Shown piece by piece: positions 26,803 through 35,705 of a stretch of DNA of 64,000 nt. This DNA comes from Spirochaetaceae bacterium. GTDB lineage: Bacteria > Spirochaetota > Spirochaetia > B11-G9. The stretch covers positions 7,718 to 71,717 of the forward strand of contig WGCU01000026.1 of NCBI GenBank assembly GCA_015493635.1. Direction: 5' to 3'. The notes under the pieces are model-generated. The model saw only the letters and a program-made list of their open reading frames with translations, had not been told where the DNA came from and made no database searches. The position numbers and the translations under genes are program-made. Numbering within the stretch: position 1 is the first letter of the stretch; the number at the start of each line of letters is the position of its first letter.

Positions 26803-28158
26803 TCAGATTTTAAAAACTATCTCAAATCTTGCACCGGAGTCTGTATGTACTGTAAGGGTACCGTCTACTTGATCAACAAGAGATCTCACGAGGGTGAGAC
26901 CCAGGGTTTCCACATCTTCAAGGTTGGAAGAAGTGTCCAATCCTTTCCCGTTATCCGCAATGAGTATAACCGCACTTACTGGATCAAGTCTTTTAATCTC
27001 TATGGTAATAGTCCCCTCTTTTGTTTCATCAAATGCGTATTTTATTGAATTTGATACAAGTTCATTTATAATAAGCCCCAACGGTATAGCCTTTTCAATA
27101 GTAAGGGGAACATTTTCTATTTTTAAGTTCAGTTTTATGGGATAATCACTGGTATTATACGCGGATAAAAGTTCGGAAGTTAAGGACTCTATATAATTTT
27201 TCAAGTTAATTTGAGCAAGATTATCAGATTGATACAGGTTTTCATGAACCATTGCCATAGAAAGAATCCGATTCCGGCTGTCAAGGAAATAAGATTCAGT
27301 CTCCTTATCCTGTATTTTTTGTGATTGAAGATAAAGCAGACTGGAAATAATTTGCAAGTTGTTTTTTACCCTATGATGAACTTCTTTAATAAGGACTTCT
27401 TTTTCCCGTATCTGTTTATCCAGGTTCTTGTTGATTTCTATCAGGTCAGCTGTCCTTTCTTTTATCTGGGACTCGAGATTCCTGTTTGAATTTTGTAGTT
27501 TCCTTTTTAATTGTTCAAGATCTTTAACATGGGTACCAAGCAGAATATTTTTGTATTCTACGATGGTCTGTGTCTTTTCTCTTGTTCTTTCAAAGGAATA
27601 CGCAAGAATTGTTACAACACTGTATGCAGCGAGAAAGCGGATTCTGTATCCCCATGATTTTTCAAAAGAAAGATGTAACTCACCGCTGAAAATATAGAGC
27701 AGTATTGTAATGGAAATAAGGACCATTGCTGCAATAAATCCCTTTCTACTTCCCATTAAAAATGAGGTTATAAGAGGGAATACAAAATACCAGAGATACC
27801 CCGCTCCTCCCTCCCATTTTAAAACCATCAGCAGTAAAAACAGACTTCCAGCGGCAAAAATACTTAGATTTATGATTAATTTGAAATTCTTTCCCTTGCG
27901 CAGGTACAGAATCCCGGCAAAGAGAATAGATGCGACAGACATATCAGCAAGGCCGACTGCCATGTTGCCCAGACGGAGTGCATCAGTACCAAGGGGTACA
28001 AGCGCTGATATACTGATGGTACCTATTGCATTTAGCATGTTAACTTTTCTTATTAATTCGACATTATGAGTATCAGTTAGACCGCTGGTAAAATAATTAC
28101 GAAGGAGATTGTGGCTTTTATCAAGGATTTTTCTTGTGAATTCTTTTATAGTATCCAT
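26803..28158 (-). CDS. membrane sensor histidine kinase, HisKA_2-type (HWE/HisKA_2 + HATPase_c)
   Basis: About 6 N-terminal TM helices and a coiled coil. EVHHRVKNNLQIISSLLYLQ (HisKA_2 H-box). ATPase motifs NELVSNSIKYAF, DNGKGL. Confidence 0.85.
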   Translation of the reverse strand: MDTIKEFTRKILDKSHNLLRNYFTSGLTDTHNVELIRKVNMLNAIGTISISALVPLGTDALRLGNMAVGLADMSVASILFAGILYLRKGKNFKLIINLSIFAAGSLFLLLMVLKWEGGAGYLWYFVFPLITSFLMGSRKGFIAAMVLISITILLYIFSGELHLSFEKSWGYRIRFLAAYSVVTILAYSFERTREKTQTIVEYKNILLGTHVKDLEQLKRKLQNSNRNLESQIKERTADLIEINKNLDKQIREKEVLIKEVHHRVKNNLQIISSLLYLQSQKIQDKETESYFLDSRNRILSMAMVHENLYQSDNLAQINLKNYIESLTSELLSAYNTSDYPIKLNLKIENVPLTIEKAIPLGLIINELVSNSIKYAFDETKEGTITIEIKRLDPVSAVILIADNGKGLDTSSNLEDVETLGLTLVRSLVDQVDGTLTVHTDSGARFEIVFKI

Positions 28159-28205
28159 AACATCATGATGTATTATATGTTAGAATATCACATATAACAA
28201 TCTTT

Positions 28206-28868
28206 TTATAATTCATGATCTTCAAGAAAGCTGTAATATTCATTTCCGGTGAATATGATGTGATCCAGCAGTGGTACTCCAAGAATTTCACCGGCTTTTT
28301 TAATTCTGGATGTGATGGATGAATCTTCTGTTGAAGGGGCAAGATTCCCTGAAGGGTGATTGTGGGCAATGATTATTGCAGCTGCTCTGTCTTTTAAAGG
28401 GTCCGAAAAAATCTCCCGCGGATGAACGAGGGTTCTGTTAACGAGTCCTATTGATACAACCCGGATGTATTTAACTTCGTGTGCGCCGTTAAGAGAAAGG
28501 CAGATAAAATGTTCCTGTTCTCTATCTCCGTAATGACGGATCAGGGGAAGAATATCTTTTGGAGATGTTATTTTATTCCGTTTTGGGCAGAGTACCCTCC
28601 GTGTCAGCTCAAAAGAGGCCGCTATAAGGGCTGTTTTTGCAATCCCCAGACCTGATATGGTTAGAAGTTTTTCCGGTATCATACCATAGATATCAAGATC
28701 AATAATATTCAGCAGCTCTTCTGCCAGAGAGAAAACATTCTTTCCTTTTATTCCTGTGCCGAGCATAATGGAAAGGAGTTCTTTATCAGAAAGGGTCTGT
28801 GCTCCGTATTTTATGAGCTTTTCTCTCGGCATTTTTGATGCAATTGTTTGTTTCTTGTCATGCTTCAT
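28206..28868 (-). CDS. radC: RadC-like JAB/MPN-domain protein (UPF0758)
   Basis: PREKLIKYGAQTLSDKELLSIMLGTG (HhH N-terminal domain) and the JAMM motif HNHPSGNLAPSTED. Start set at the internal ATG because the longer ORF would run through the upstream terminator hairpin. Confidence 0.8.
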   Translation of the reverse strand: MKHDKKQTIASKMPREKLIKYGAQTLSDKELLSIMLGTGIKGKNVFSLAEELLNIIDLDIYGMIPEKLLTISGLGIAKTALIAASFELTRRVLCPKRNKITSPKDILPLIRHYGDREQEHFICLSLNGAHEVKYIRVVSIGLVNRTLVHPREIFSDPLKDRAAAIIIAHNHPSGNLAPSTEDSSITSRIKKAGEILGVPLLDHIIFTGNEYYSFLEDHEL

Positions 28869-28911
28869 ACCCTTTATGACAATGGAAATGTACCTGGTGC
28901 TTGAAATAAAT

Positions 28912-28949
28912 AAACGCTGCAACCGCATCAATAGCAGTAAGCAGCGTTT
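28912..28949 (-). terminator. intrinsic terminator hairpin (9-bp stem AAACGCTGC/GCAGCGTTT) downstream of the histone-like gene
   Basis: Inverted repeat 28912-28920 / 28941-28949. On the minus strand it is followed by ATTTATTT. It lies between the stop of the 61-aa gene and the RadC start. Confidence 0.5.
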
Positions 28950-28985
28950 AAAACAATAAATAATAGGTTATAACAGAACTTATTG

Positions 28986-29171
28986 TTAGATATCCCGTTC
29001 CTGAACAGTTTTTCTTTTTTCTTTCTTGGCTTTTTCTATTGCTTCATCGCAAATTTCTCTAATTTTGTCTGATAGTGCATCAATTACTTTTGCAGAGCAT
29101 TTGAGATCTCCAGCTTCTTTAATATAATTCTTTACTTTTGAAGCTACAACGAGGGTTTCTTTTTCTGCCAT
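28986..29171 (-). CDS. bacterial histone-fold singlet protein (DUF1931/HBb-like), 61 aa
   Basis: MAEKETLVVASKVKNYIKEAGDLKCSAKVIDALSDKIREICDEAIEKAKKEKRKTVQERDI. The helix-strand-helix pattern and C-terminal ...A.....RKT+...D+ parallel the archaeal HMfB ending ...ARHAGRKTIKAEDI. Strong RBS AGGAG 7 nt upstream of the ATG at 29171. Confidence 0.6.
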   Translation of the reverse strand: MAEKETLVVASKVKNYIKEAGDLKCSAKVIDALSDKIREICDEAIEKAKKEKRKTVQERDI

Positions 29172-29356
29172 ATACAAACTCCTAATTAAACATTTTTTAC
29201 TGCGAGAAGTACAAAAATACATTCTAAACGCAGTTGCCCTCATTCTATCAGGTTTTTTACAGGAATCAATCCATTATGGACTATTTTTTATCTTTTTATT
29301 GTGATATTGAAGAAAATCATCTTTCAGTTTGTCTTATTAAGGAAAAGAGATGTCTT

Positions 29357-30265
29357 ATGTCTATAATTGTTGTACTGTTAATTATCCTCTCAGCTCTCTT
29401 TCATGTGTCATGGAATACCCTTGGAAAGAGTAGAACCCCGTCTATTGCCTTTTTTACAGGCACTGCTCTCTTTGCCTCTATTATTTTTATACCTGTCTTT
29501 GTGTATATTATGCCTCCTCCTGTACTTCCTCTGAAAGCCTGGTTCTTTTTTATCCCTGCAGGAATTTTCCAGTCAATTTATTATTTTGGATTGAGTGGTG
29601 GATACAAAAATGGTGATATGTCCTATGTTTATCCGCTTGCTAGGGCTCTCCCTGTGCTTTTTATTCCTGTTATTAGTATTATGCTCCATGTGGGGTCAGG
29701 TATAGCTATTTCTGCCTTTATAGGTATGTTTCTCGTGTTTTCCGGTTGTTTACTCCTGCCGTTGGATAGAAAAGGGCAGTTTCATCTAAAGAATTATTTT
29801 ACAAAGGCAACTTCGTTTTCATTTCTTGCCGCCCTGGGTACAACTGGCTATACTTTTGTGGACAGTGAGGGGATGAAATATCTTTCCGGGGTCTTCAATG
29901 GCCGGGGTTATCATCACCTGTATCTTGCTCCGGTGGTGTATATTGCGTACGAAATGTTGATATCGTTCTGTGCAAGCTTTTTGTACGTTCTCCTGAACAA
30001 AAATGAGAGAAAGAATTTTGTAATGATTCTTCAAAAATCCAAATTTACAACATCTCTGGCTGGATTATTTATCCTTGTTGCCTATGGAATCATTCTTATG
30101 GTTTATCCCCTTGTTACCAATGTAAGTTTTGTTACAGCTTTCAGGCAGATCAGCATACCAGTCGGGGCTTTGACTGGTATATTTATTCTCAAGGAAAAGA
30201 TGAATATTGGTAAAATTGCAGGATCGTTCATCATCTTTTTGGGCCTTGTGCTTGTGTATATGTAA
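29357..30265 (+). CDS. DMT-superfamily (EamA-like) membrane protein
   Basis: 302 aa from the internal ATG (MSIIVVLL...). 9-10 TM helices in two halves. The upstream 41 codons of the longer ORF lack an RBS and are not hydrophobic. Confidence 0.65.
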   Translation: MSIIVVLLIILSALFHVSWNTLGKSRTPSIAFFTGTALFASIIFIPVFVYIMPPPVLPLKAWFFFIPAGIFQSIYYFGLSGGYKNGDMSYVYPLARALPVLFIPVISIMLHVGSGIAISAFIGMFLVFSGCLLLPLDRKGQFHLKNYFTKATSFSFLAALGTTGYTFVDSEGMKYLSGVFNGRGYHHLYLAPVVYIAYEMLISFCASFLYVLLNKNERKNFVMILQKSKFTTSLAGLFILVAYGIILMVYPLVTNVSFVTAFRQISIPVGALTGIFILKEKMNIGKIAGSFIIFLGLVLVYM

Positions 30266-30309
30266 CAAAAAAAGACCGAAACCACAAGAAGTGATTTCGA
30301 TCTTTTTAA

Positions 30310-30382
30310 TAGCAGGGGAAGGACTCGAACCTCCGACCTCCGGGTTATGAGCCCGACGAGCTGCCAACTGCTCTACCCTGCG
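30310..30382 (-). tRNA. tRNA-Met, initiator-type (anticodon CAT; 3 consecutive G-C in anticodon stem; A11:U24; 1:72 mismatch)
   Basis: Minus-strand sequence CGCAGGGTAGAGCAGTTGGCAGCTCGTCGGGCTCATAACCCGGAGGTCGGAGGTTCGAGTCCTTCCCCTGCTA is nearly collinear with E. coli tRNA-fMet. The CCA end is not genomically encoded. Confidence 0.85.
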
Positions 30383-30446
30383 ACGATGGGTAGAAGATAT
30401 AGAAAAAAAACTCTTTAGTCAAGTACACCGGGTTAACTTTGTAAAA

Positions 30447-31115
30447 TCAGCTTCTGCCGAAATACCGGTCGTCTTTCAAGGCCTTTTTATAGAGCTTCAT
30501 GACAATAATACCGGCAATAATAAGCAGCGGAACTACCACCAGTGAAAGTGTTCCCCCGTAAAACAGGAAAAAATCATAAAGACCGTGTATTGCCACGGCA
30601 CTGATAAAGCCAATTTCAAGGTATCCTTTCCCCTCAAATTTGGATTTTCCGATAAAATAGCCCATAATACCTGAAGCGGAAGCATGGAGGGGAACAGCGG
30701 AAAGTCCCCTGATAAGGAGGACCGTTATCGAGCCGAAGCTGTAAAACAGATTTTCGAAGAACGCAAATCCCAAACTGACGGTTATTGTATAGAGTATTCC
30801 GTCAGTAACTTCATCAAATTCGGTTTTGTTAAAAATAAAAAGCTTGATAACGGTTAATTTTATTCCTTCTTCAACAACTGCGGCAATGATAAAGGCCTTA
30901 TACAAAGCCGAAGCAAGATGTGAGTTCCCGATAAGAAAGGGAGAGATAAATATTTCTATGAGGGCCGCAGGGAGAACAGATATAAAACCTAAAAGGAAGG
31001 TCTTAAGAATAAGCGATGGCGGTTCCTTTTTCTGATTATCCTTACGGTAAAAAAAAACGACAAGCAGCAGGGAAGGAATAAACGCAAGGAGTATGTTTAT
31101 AACAAGCAGATACAT
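30447..31115 (-). CDS. PrsW-family intramembrane metalloprotease
   Basis: Conserved motifs VVEEGIKL (EExxK), GFAFFENLFY (FxxxEN), AIHGLYD (HxxxD) and a multi-TM topology. Confidence 0.75.
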   Translation of the reverse strand: MYLLVINILLAFIPSLLLVVFFYRKDNQKKEPPSLILKTFLLGFISVLPAALIEIFISPFLIGNSHLASALYKAFIIAAVVEEGIKLTVIKLFIFNKTEFDEVTDGILYTITVSLGFAFFENLFYSFGSITVLLIRGLSAVPLHASASGIMGYFIGKSKFEGKGYLEIGFISAVAIHGLYDFFLFYGGTLSLVVVPLLIIAGIIVMKLYKKALKDDRYFGRS

Positions 31116-31346
31116 TTACCGGGAAGCCTTCTTTTCCTGTTCCTTTTTCATAAAATAGGCATGATCTTCACGTACATCTTTAATAATATCTTTCAGTTTC
31201 CATTCCAGATTGGTAGGAGTTGAAACGGAAAAAGCAATTTCGGATGGATCTTCAACCGATGCTTTTACTGCTTTCATAATTTCAAAAACTTTTTCACGCT
31301 CAAATCCATGGATAACAATTACTTTCCCGTCAGCGTCTTCTGCCAT
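31116..31346 (-). CDS. hypothetical small acidic protein, translationally coupled to prsW
   Basis: 76 aa ORF (MAEDADGKVIVIHGFEREKVFEIMKAVKA...). Its stop abuts the PrsW start. No recognisable domain. Confidence 0.45.
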   Translation of the reverse strand: MAEDADGKVIVIHGFEREKVFEIMKAVKASVEDPSEIAFSVSTPTNLEWKLKDIIKDVREDHAYFMKKEQEKKASR

Positions 31347-31442
31347 GAGGTACCTCGATTACAAACTATTTGACCCTTAACAAAGTCATGAGTATCTTTA
31401 GTATAAATCAATTAAAAAAAATAAACAATTGAGGTGCTTACA

Positions 31443-34034
31443 ATGAGATATGATAAAATGACAGTGAAAGTGCAGGATGCCCTGCAGGATGCAAGTTCCA
31501 TTGCGCATAAGTACAGTCATAACAGCATTGATGTGGAGCATATGCTGTCCGCGTTGCTCAATCAGCAGGATGGAGTTGTTTCTCCGCTTCTTGACCGGCT
31601 GGGTGTTAATAAAGACAAGGTGAATACGGTACTTAATGGGCTGCTGGAAGCGAAACCCCGTGTTTATGGTGATGCAGTGCAGGCGGGGCTTTCTCCCCAG
31701 CTTAATAATCTTCTTCATGATGCGGAGGCAGAAGCCCAGAAACTGAAAGATGAGTATTTAAGCGCGGAACATATTTTTCTTGCGGCTCTGTCTAAAGACA
31801 ATGAGCTTTCCAGAGCCCTCAGGAATGAGGGAATAACACGAGATGGAGTTCTTAAAGCTCTTCAGTCCATACGCGGGAACCAGCGGGTAACCGATCAGAA
31901 TCCGGAGGAACGGTACCAGGTTCTTGACAAGTACTGCAAAGATCTTACAGCCCTGGCCAGAAGAGATAAGCTGGACCCTGTTATAGGAAGGGATGAGGAA
32001 ATACGGCGGGTTATGCAGGTATTATCCCGGAGAACAAAGAATAATCCAGTTCTTATCGGTGAACCGGGCGTTGGGAAAACAGCAATAGCCGAAGGGCTGG
32101 CCCGAAGGATTATTTCCGGGGATGTCCCTGACTCTCTGAAAGACAAACGGCTTCTGTCGCTTGATCTCGGTGCTCTTATTGCGGGAGCCAAGTTCAGGGG
32201 GGAGTTTGAAGACCGTCTTAAAGCTGTTATCCATGAAATAACAGAATCTGACGGTGAAATAATACTCTTTATTGACGAGCTGCATACGCTTATAGGCGCT
32301 GGTGCTGCTGAAGGGTCTACCGATGCTTCCAATCTTCTGAAACCGGCCCTCGCACGGGGAGAACTGCGTGCTATAGGAGCTACAACCCTTGATGAATACC
32401 GAAAACACATAGAAAAAGATGCCGCCCTGGAGCGGCGCTTTCAGCCTGTGTATACAAAAGAGCCCTCTGTTGAAGATACCATCGCCATCCTGAGAGGGAT
32501 TAAAGACCGTTATGAAGTGCATCATGGTGTACGTATTAAGGATGACGCATTGATAGCTGCCGCAACACTATCTGACCGCTATATAACATCCCGTTTTCTG
32601 CCGGACAAAGCCATAGACCTTGTGGATGAAGCGGCAAGTCAGCTGAAGATGGAAATTGAGAGTCAGCCTGTTGAACTTGATAAGATTGAACGGCGGATAC
32701 TGCAGCTGGATATTGAACGCCACGCTCTTTCCAAGGAGAAAGACGAAGCATCCATTGAACGGCTTCACAAAATTGAGCAGGAACTTGCCAATCTTAAAAC
32801 AAGCCGGGATACCATGAAGCTTCAGTGGAAAAATGAGAAAACCATCATTGACGAGATCAGAAAACTTAATTCAGAACTTGAGCAGATGAAAACCCTGGAG
32901 GTTAAATATGAACGTGAGGGGAATTTAACAAAAGCTGCGGAAATCAAACATGGAAGTGTACCCCAGATACATGCAAAGATAGATGAACTCTCAAAACAGC
33001 TTGAAAAGATCCAGACCGACTCCCAGCTGCTGCGGGAAGAGGTTTCCGAAGAGGATATTGCACGTATTGTTTCCACATGGACAGGAATCCCTGTTTCCAA
33101 AATGCTCTCTTCCGAAATGGCAAAGCTCCTTTCCCTTGAAGATACCCTTGGTAAACGGGTGGTGGGACAGGAAAAGGCGATTATTGCTGTTTCAGATGCA
33201 ATTAGAAGAAACAAGACGGGGCTTTCTGATGAAGCAAGACCTCTCGGATCGTTTATTTTCCTGGGGCCTACAGGTGTTGGAAAAACCGAGCTTGCAAAAA
33301 CCCTGGCGGATTATCTGTTTAATGATGAAAAGGCTCTTACCCGGATTGATATGAGTGAGTACATGGAAAAACATTCGGTTTCTCGTCTTATTGGAGCGCC
33401 TCCGGGATATGTAGGCTACGATCAGGGGGGGCAGCTCACCGAAGCGGTAAGGCGCAGGCCCTATTCAGTTATCCTTTTTGATGAAATAGAGAAGGCTCAT
33501 CCTGATGTATTTAATGTACTGCTGCAGCTGCTTGATGACGGCCGGCTTACGGACGGGCAGGGCAGGGTTGTCAATTTCCGGAATGCAATCATTATTCTTA
33601 CGAGCAATGTCGGCAGTGATCTGCTCCTGACAACGGAGAATGTGGACGACGTCAGGGATCAGATTATGGACCGGATGAAAAAATTGTTCAAACCTGAGTT
33701 TCTGAACCGGGTTGATGAGATTATATTCTTTAAGCGGCTTGAAAAGGACCAGATCCTGAAGATTGTGGATATCCAGCTGCGGCGTTTAACAGAGCGGCTT
33801 GAAGAAAAGAAAATTAACATCCATGTTGATGATAAAGCTCGTGAGTACCTTGCCAAAACAGGATTTGATCCCCTTTTTGGTGCCCGGCCGGTAAAGAGAA
33901 CCATACAGAATCTTATTCAGAACCCTCTTGCAAAACTGCTGCTTAAAGGAGATATACAGGAAGGGGGTACTGTTGTAGTGTCAAGTAACGGAAAAGAGAT
34001 AACCTTTTCCGGGACGCAAGCAGCCTCCTCCTAG
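31443..34034 (+). CDS. clpB: ATP-dependent chaperone ClpB
   Basis: Collinear with E. coli ClpB: two AAA+ modules (GEPGVGKTA; GPTGVGKTE), long middle coiled coil, ClpN repeats. ATG at 31443 with RBS GAGGTG. Confidence 0.95.
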   Translation: MRYDKMTVKVQDALQDASSIAHKYSHNSIDVEHMLSALLNQQDGVVSPLLDRLGVNKDKVNTVLNGLLEAKPRVYGDAVQAGLSPQLNNLLHDAEAEAQKLKDEYLSAEHIFLAALSKDNELSRALRNEGITRDGVLKALQSIRGNQRVTDQNPEERYQVLDKYCKDLTALARRDKLDPVIGRDEEIRRVMQVLSRRTKNNPVLIGEPGVGKTAIAEGLARRIISGDVPDSLKDKRLLSLDLGALIAGAKFRGEFEDRLKAVIHEITESDGEIILFIDELHTLIGAGAAEGSTDASNLLKPALARGELRAIGATTLDEYRKHIEKDAALERRFQPVYTKEPSVEDTIAILRGIKDRYEVHHGVRIKDDALIAAATLSDRYITSRFLPDKAIDLVDEAASQLKMEIESQPVELDKIERRILQLDIERHALSKEKDEASIERLHKIEQELANLKTSRDTMKLQWKNEKTIIDEIRKLNSELEQMKTLEVKYEREGNLTKAAEIKHGSVPQIHAKIDELSKQLEKIQTDSQLLREEVSEEDIARIVSTWTGIPVSKMLSSEMAKLLSLEDTLGKRVVGQEKAIIAVSDAIRRNKTGLSDEARPLGSFIFLGPTGVGKTELAKTLADYLFNDEKALTRIDMSEYMEKHSVSRLIGAPPGYVGYDQGGQLTEAVRRRPYSVILFDEIEKAHPDVFNVLLQLLDDGRLTDGQGRVVNFRNAIIILTSNVGSDLLLTTENVDDVRDQIMDRMKKLFKPEFLNRVDEIIFFKRLEKDQILKIVDIQLRRLTERLEEKKINIHVDDKAREYLAKTGFDPLFGARPVKRTIQNLIQNPLAKLLLKGDIQEGGTVVVSSNGKEITFSGTQAASS

Positions 34035-34045
34035 GGGGGCTGCTT
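34018..34045 (+). terminator. intrinsic terminator overlapping clpB stop (8-bp stem AAGCAGCC/GGCTGCTT)
   Basis: Inverted repeat 34018-34025 / 34038-34045, followed by a T-rich tract (ACTTTTTATTG). Confidence 0.5.
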
Positions 34046-34123
34046 ATGGGTAAAACTTTTTATTGTACATTTTCGGAAAACTGTATATACTAACCGTAAT
34101 ATTCTAATAAAAAGGGAGATAGT

Positions 34124-35125
34124 ATGAAAAAGGTTTTTGTTGTTTTGTTAGTGACAGCGTTGATTATTCCCAGCCTTTTTGCGAATGGGCAAAAGGAATC
34201 AGGGACTACAACACCTAAAGTTCAAAAAATGATTATCGGGATCGTTACAGTACCAGGCTCCGCCCAGTATGTGGCTGCGGAGAAATTCAAGGAACTGGTT
34301 GAAAAAAGGTCGAATGGACGGTATCAGTTTGATATTAAGCACAGTGCTTCCCTGGGAAGTGAAAGCAGTATAATTCAGCAGGTGCAGATGGGGACTGTCG
34401 ATGTTGCTATAATTACGACAGGACCGGTTGGTAATATCAGTAAACTTGCAAATGCGCTGTCTCTTCCTTTTCTCTTCAAGAGCTATGCACAGGCTGATAA
34501 AGTACTTGACGGTCCTTTAGGCCAGGAGATTCTTGATTCTCTTGCTGCCTCAGGGATCAAAGGTCTTGCTTTTAGTGAAAATGGTTTTAGAAACCTGACA
34601 AATAATGTCAGACCGGTACATACAGTTGCCGATGTTGCAGGGTTAAAGATACGAACGATGGAAGCTCCTCTCCAAGTCAAGATTTGGAGAATGCTGGGAG
34701 CGAATCCAACTCCTATGGCATGGCCCATTAATACTGAACTCGCCCAGGGAACCATAGACGGACAGGAAAACCCGCTTTGGGTTATTGATAAGTATAAAAT
34801 TTATGAAGTTCAAAAATACATGTCTATGACACGTCATGTTTATTCATCCCATATTGACATGATGAATCTTGCTACCTTTAATAAATTAAGCAAAGCTGAT
34901 CAGAAAATGTTTGTTAGTTCCATGAGGGAAGCTGCTGCTTATCAAAGGAAAAAGAATAGAGAGTCAAATGAAGCACATATGGCTACCATTGTTGCAAAAG
35001 GGATGATAGTAGATAATACTCCGGACGTTAACAGCTTCAGAGCCAAGCTGAAGCCGATTTATGAAGAATCAAAGAAAGATATTGGCGCTGATTTTGTGAA
35101 CAGACTTCTGAATGCAGTAAAGTAG
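34124..35125 (+). CDS. dctP: TRAP transporter substrate-binding protein, DctP family
   Basis: Lipoprotein-like signal peptide and the DctP-family pattern (GIVTVPGSAQYVAAEKFKELVEKRSNGRYQFDI...LGSE...QVQMGTVD). Confidence 0.85.
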   Translation: MKKVFVVLLVTALIIPSLFANGQKESGTTTPKVQKMIIGIVTVPGSAQYVAAEKFKELVEKRSNGRYQFDIKHSASLGSESSIIQQVQMGTVDVAIITTGPVGNISKLANALSLPFLFKSYAQADKVLDGPLGQEILDSLAASGIKGLAFSENGFRNLTNNVRPVHTVADVAGLKIRTMEAPLQVKIWRMLGANPTPMAWPINTELAQGTIDGQENPLWVIDKYKIYEVQKYMSMTRHVYSSHIDMMNLATFNKLSKADQKMFVSSMREAAAYQRKKNRESNEAHMATIVAKGMIVDNTPDVNSFRAKLKPIYEESKKDIGADFVNRLLNAVK

Positions 35126-35201
35126 TTCATTGTATTTTATGAAAGGGAGATGGTTGGTTTTACTGTCTCCCTTGCCTTCCCCAGGTTAATAAGCAGGTAA
35201 T

Positions 35202-35705
35202 ATGAAAGCATTTATGGAATCTGTGAGTGACAGACTTAATAAAGGGGCTGAATATTTATTAATAGTTCTGATAGCCTCTATATCTATTCTGATTTTTGTT
35301 CAAGTGGTTTTTCGATATGGTTTTAATCATTCCATATACTGGTCGGAAGAGGTAGGTAGATATACACTCATCTGGATCACATTTATTGGAGCATCAGTCG
35401 GTTTTAAGAAAAAATCCCATGTCGGGGTCGATTTCTTATACAAAGCTTTTAATGAATTTACAAAAAATATTTTAACAGTAGTGTCGGACTGTGTTATTTT
35501 GATTCTTGCAATAATTCTAACGGTATATGGTATAAAGCTTGCCAGGTTTGTCCGGTTGCAGTCTTCCGCGGCACTTCTCATATCCATGTCAATTCCTTAT
35601 TCGGCAATTTGGGTCGGCGGTTTATTAACATTTTTTCACTCATTGAGTTTTGTAATTGAAGATACAGGAAGACTTGTGCATTATAAAAAGAACAGGAGTA
35701 AATAA
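35202..35705 (+). CDS. dctQ: TRAP transporter small permease, DctQ family
   Basis: 167 aa, 4 TM helices, located between dctP and dctM. Confidence 0.8.
   Translation: MKAFMESVSDRLNKGAEYLLIVLIASISILIFVQVVFRYGFNHSIYWSEEVGRYTLIWITFIGASVGFKKKSHVGVDFLYKAFNEFTKNILTVVSDCVILILAIILTVYGIKLARFVRLQSSAALLISMSIPYSAIWVGGLLTFFHSLSFVIEDTGRLVHYKKNRSK

Noticed and set aside
28869-28931. Longer RadC start (TTG at 28931 / ATG at 28928)
   Set aside because: It would place the coding sequence through the 9-bp-stem terminator hairpin of the upstream gene. RadC homologues begin near the internal Met.
29234-29356. Upstream 41-codon extension of the DMT-like gene (MPSFYQVFYRNQS...)
   Set aside because: Not hydrophobic and no RBS. 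It would overlap the divergent promoter region of the histone-like gene. The internal ATG at 29357 begins the first TM helix.
30065-30367. 100-aa minus-strand ORF overlapping the tRNA-Met gene and the end of the DMT gene
   Set aside because: Spurious overlap with the tRNA and a plus-strand membrane protein gene.
31398-31718. 106-aa minus-strand ORF across the clpB start
   Set aside because: Antisense to the highly conserved ClpB N-domain. No support.
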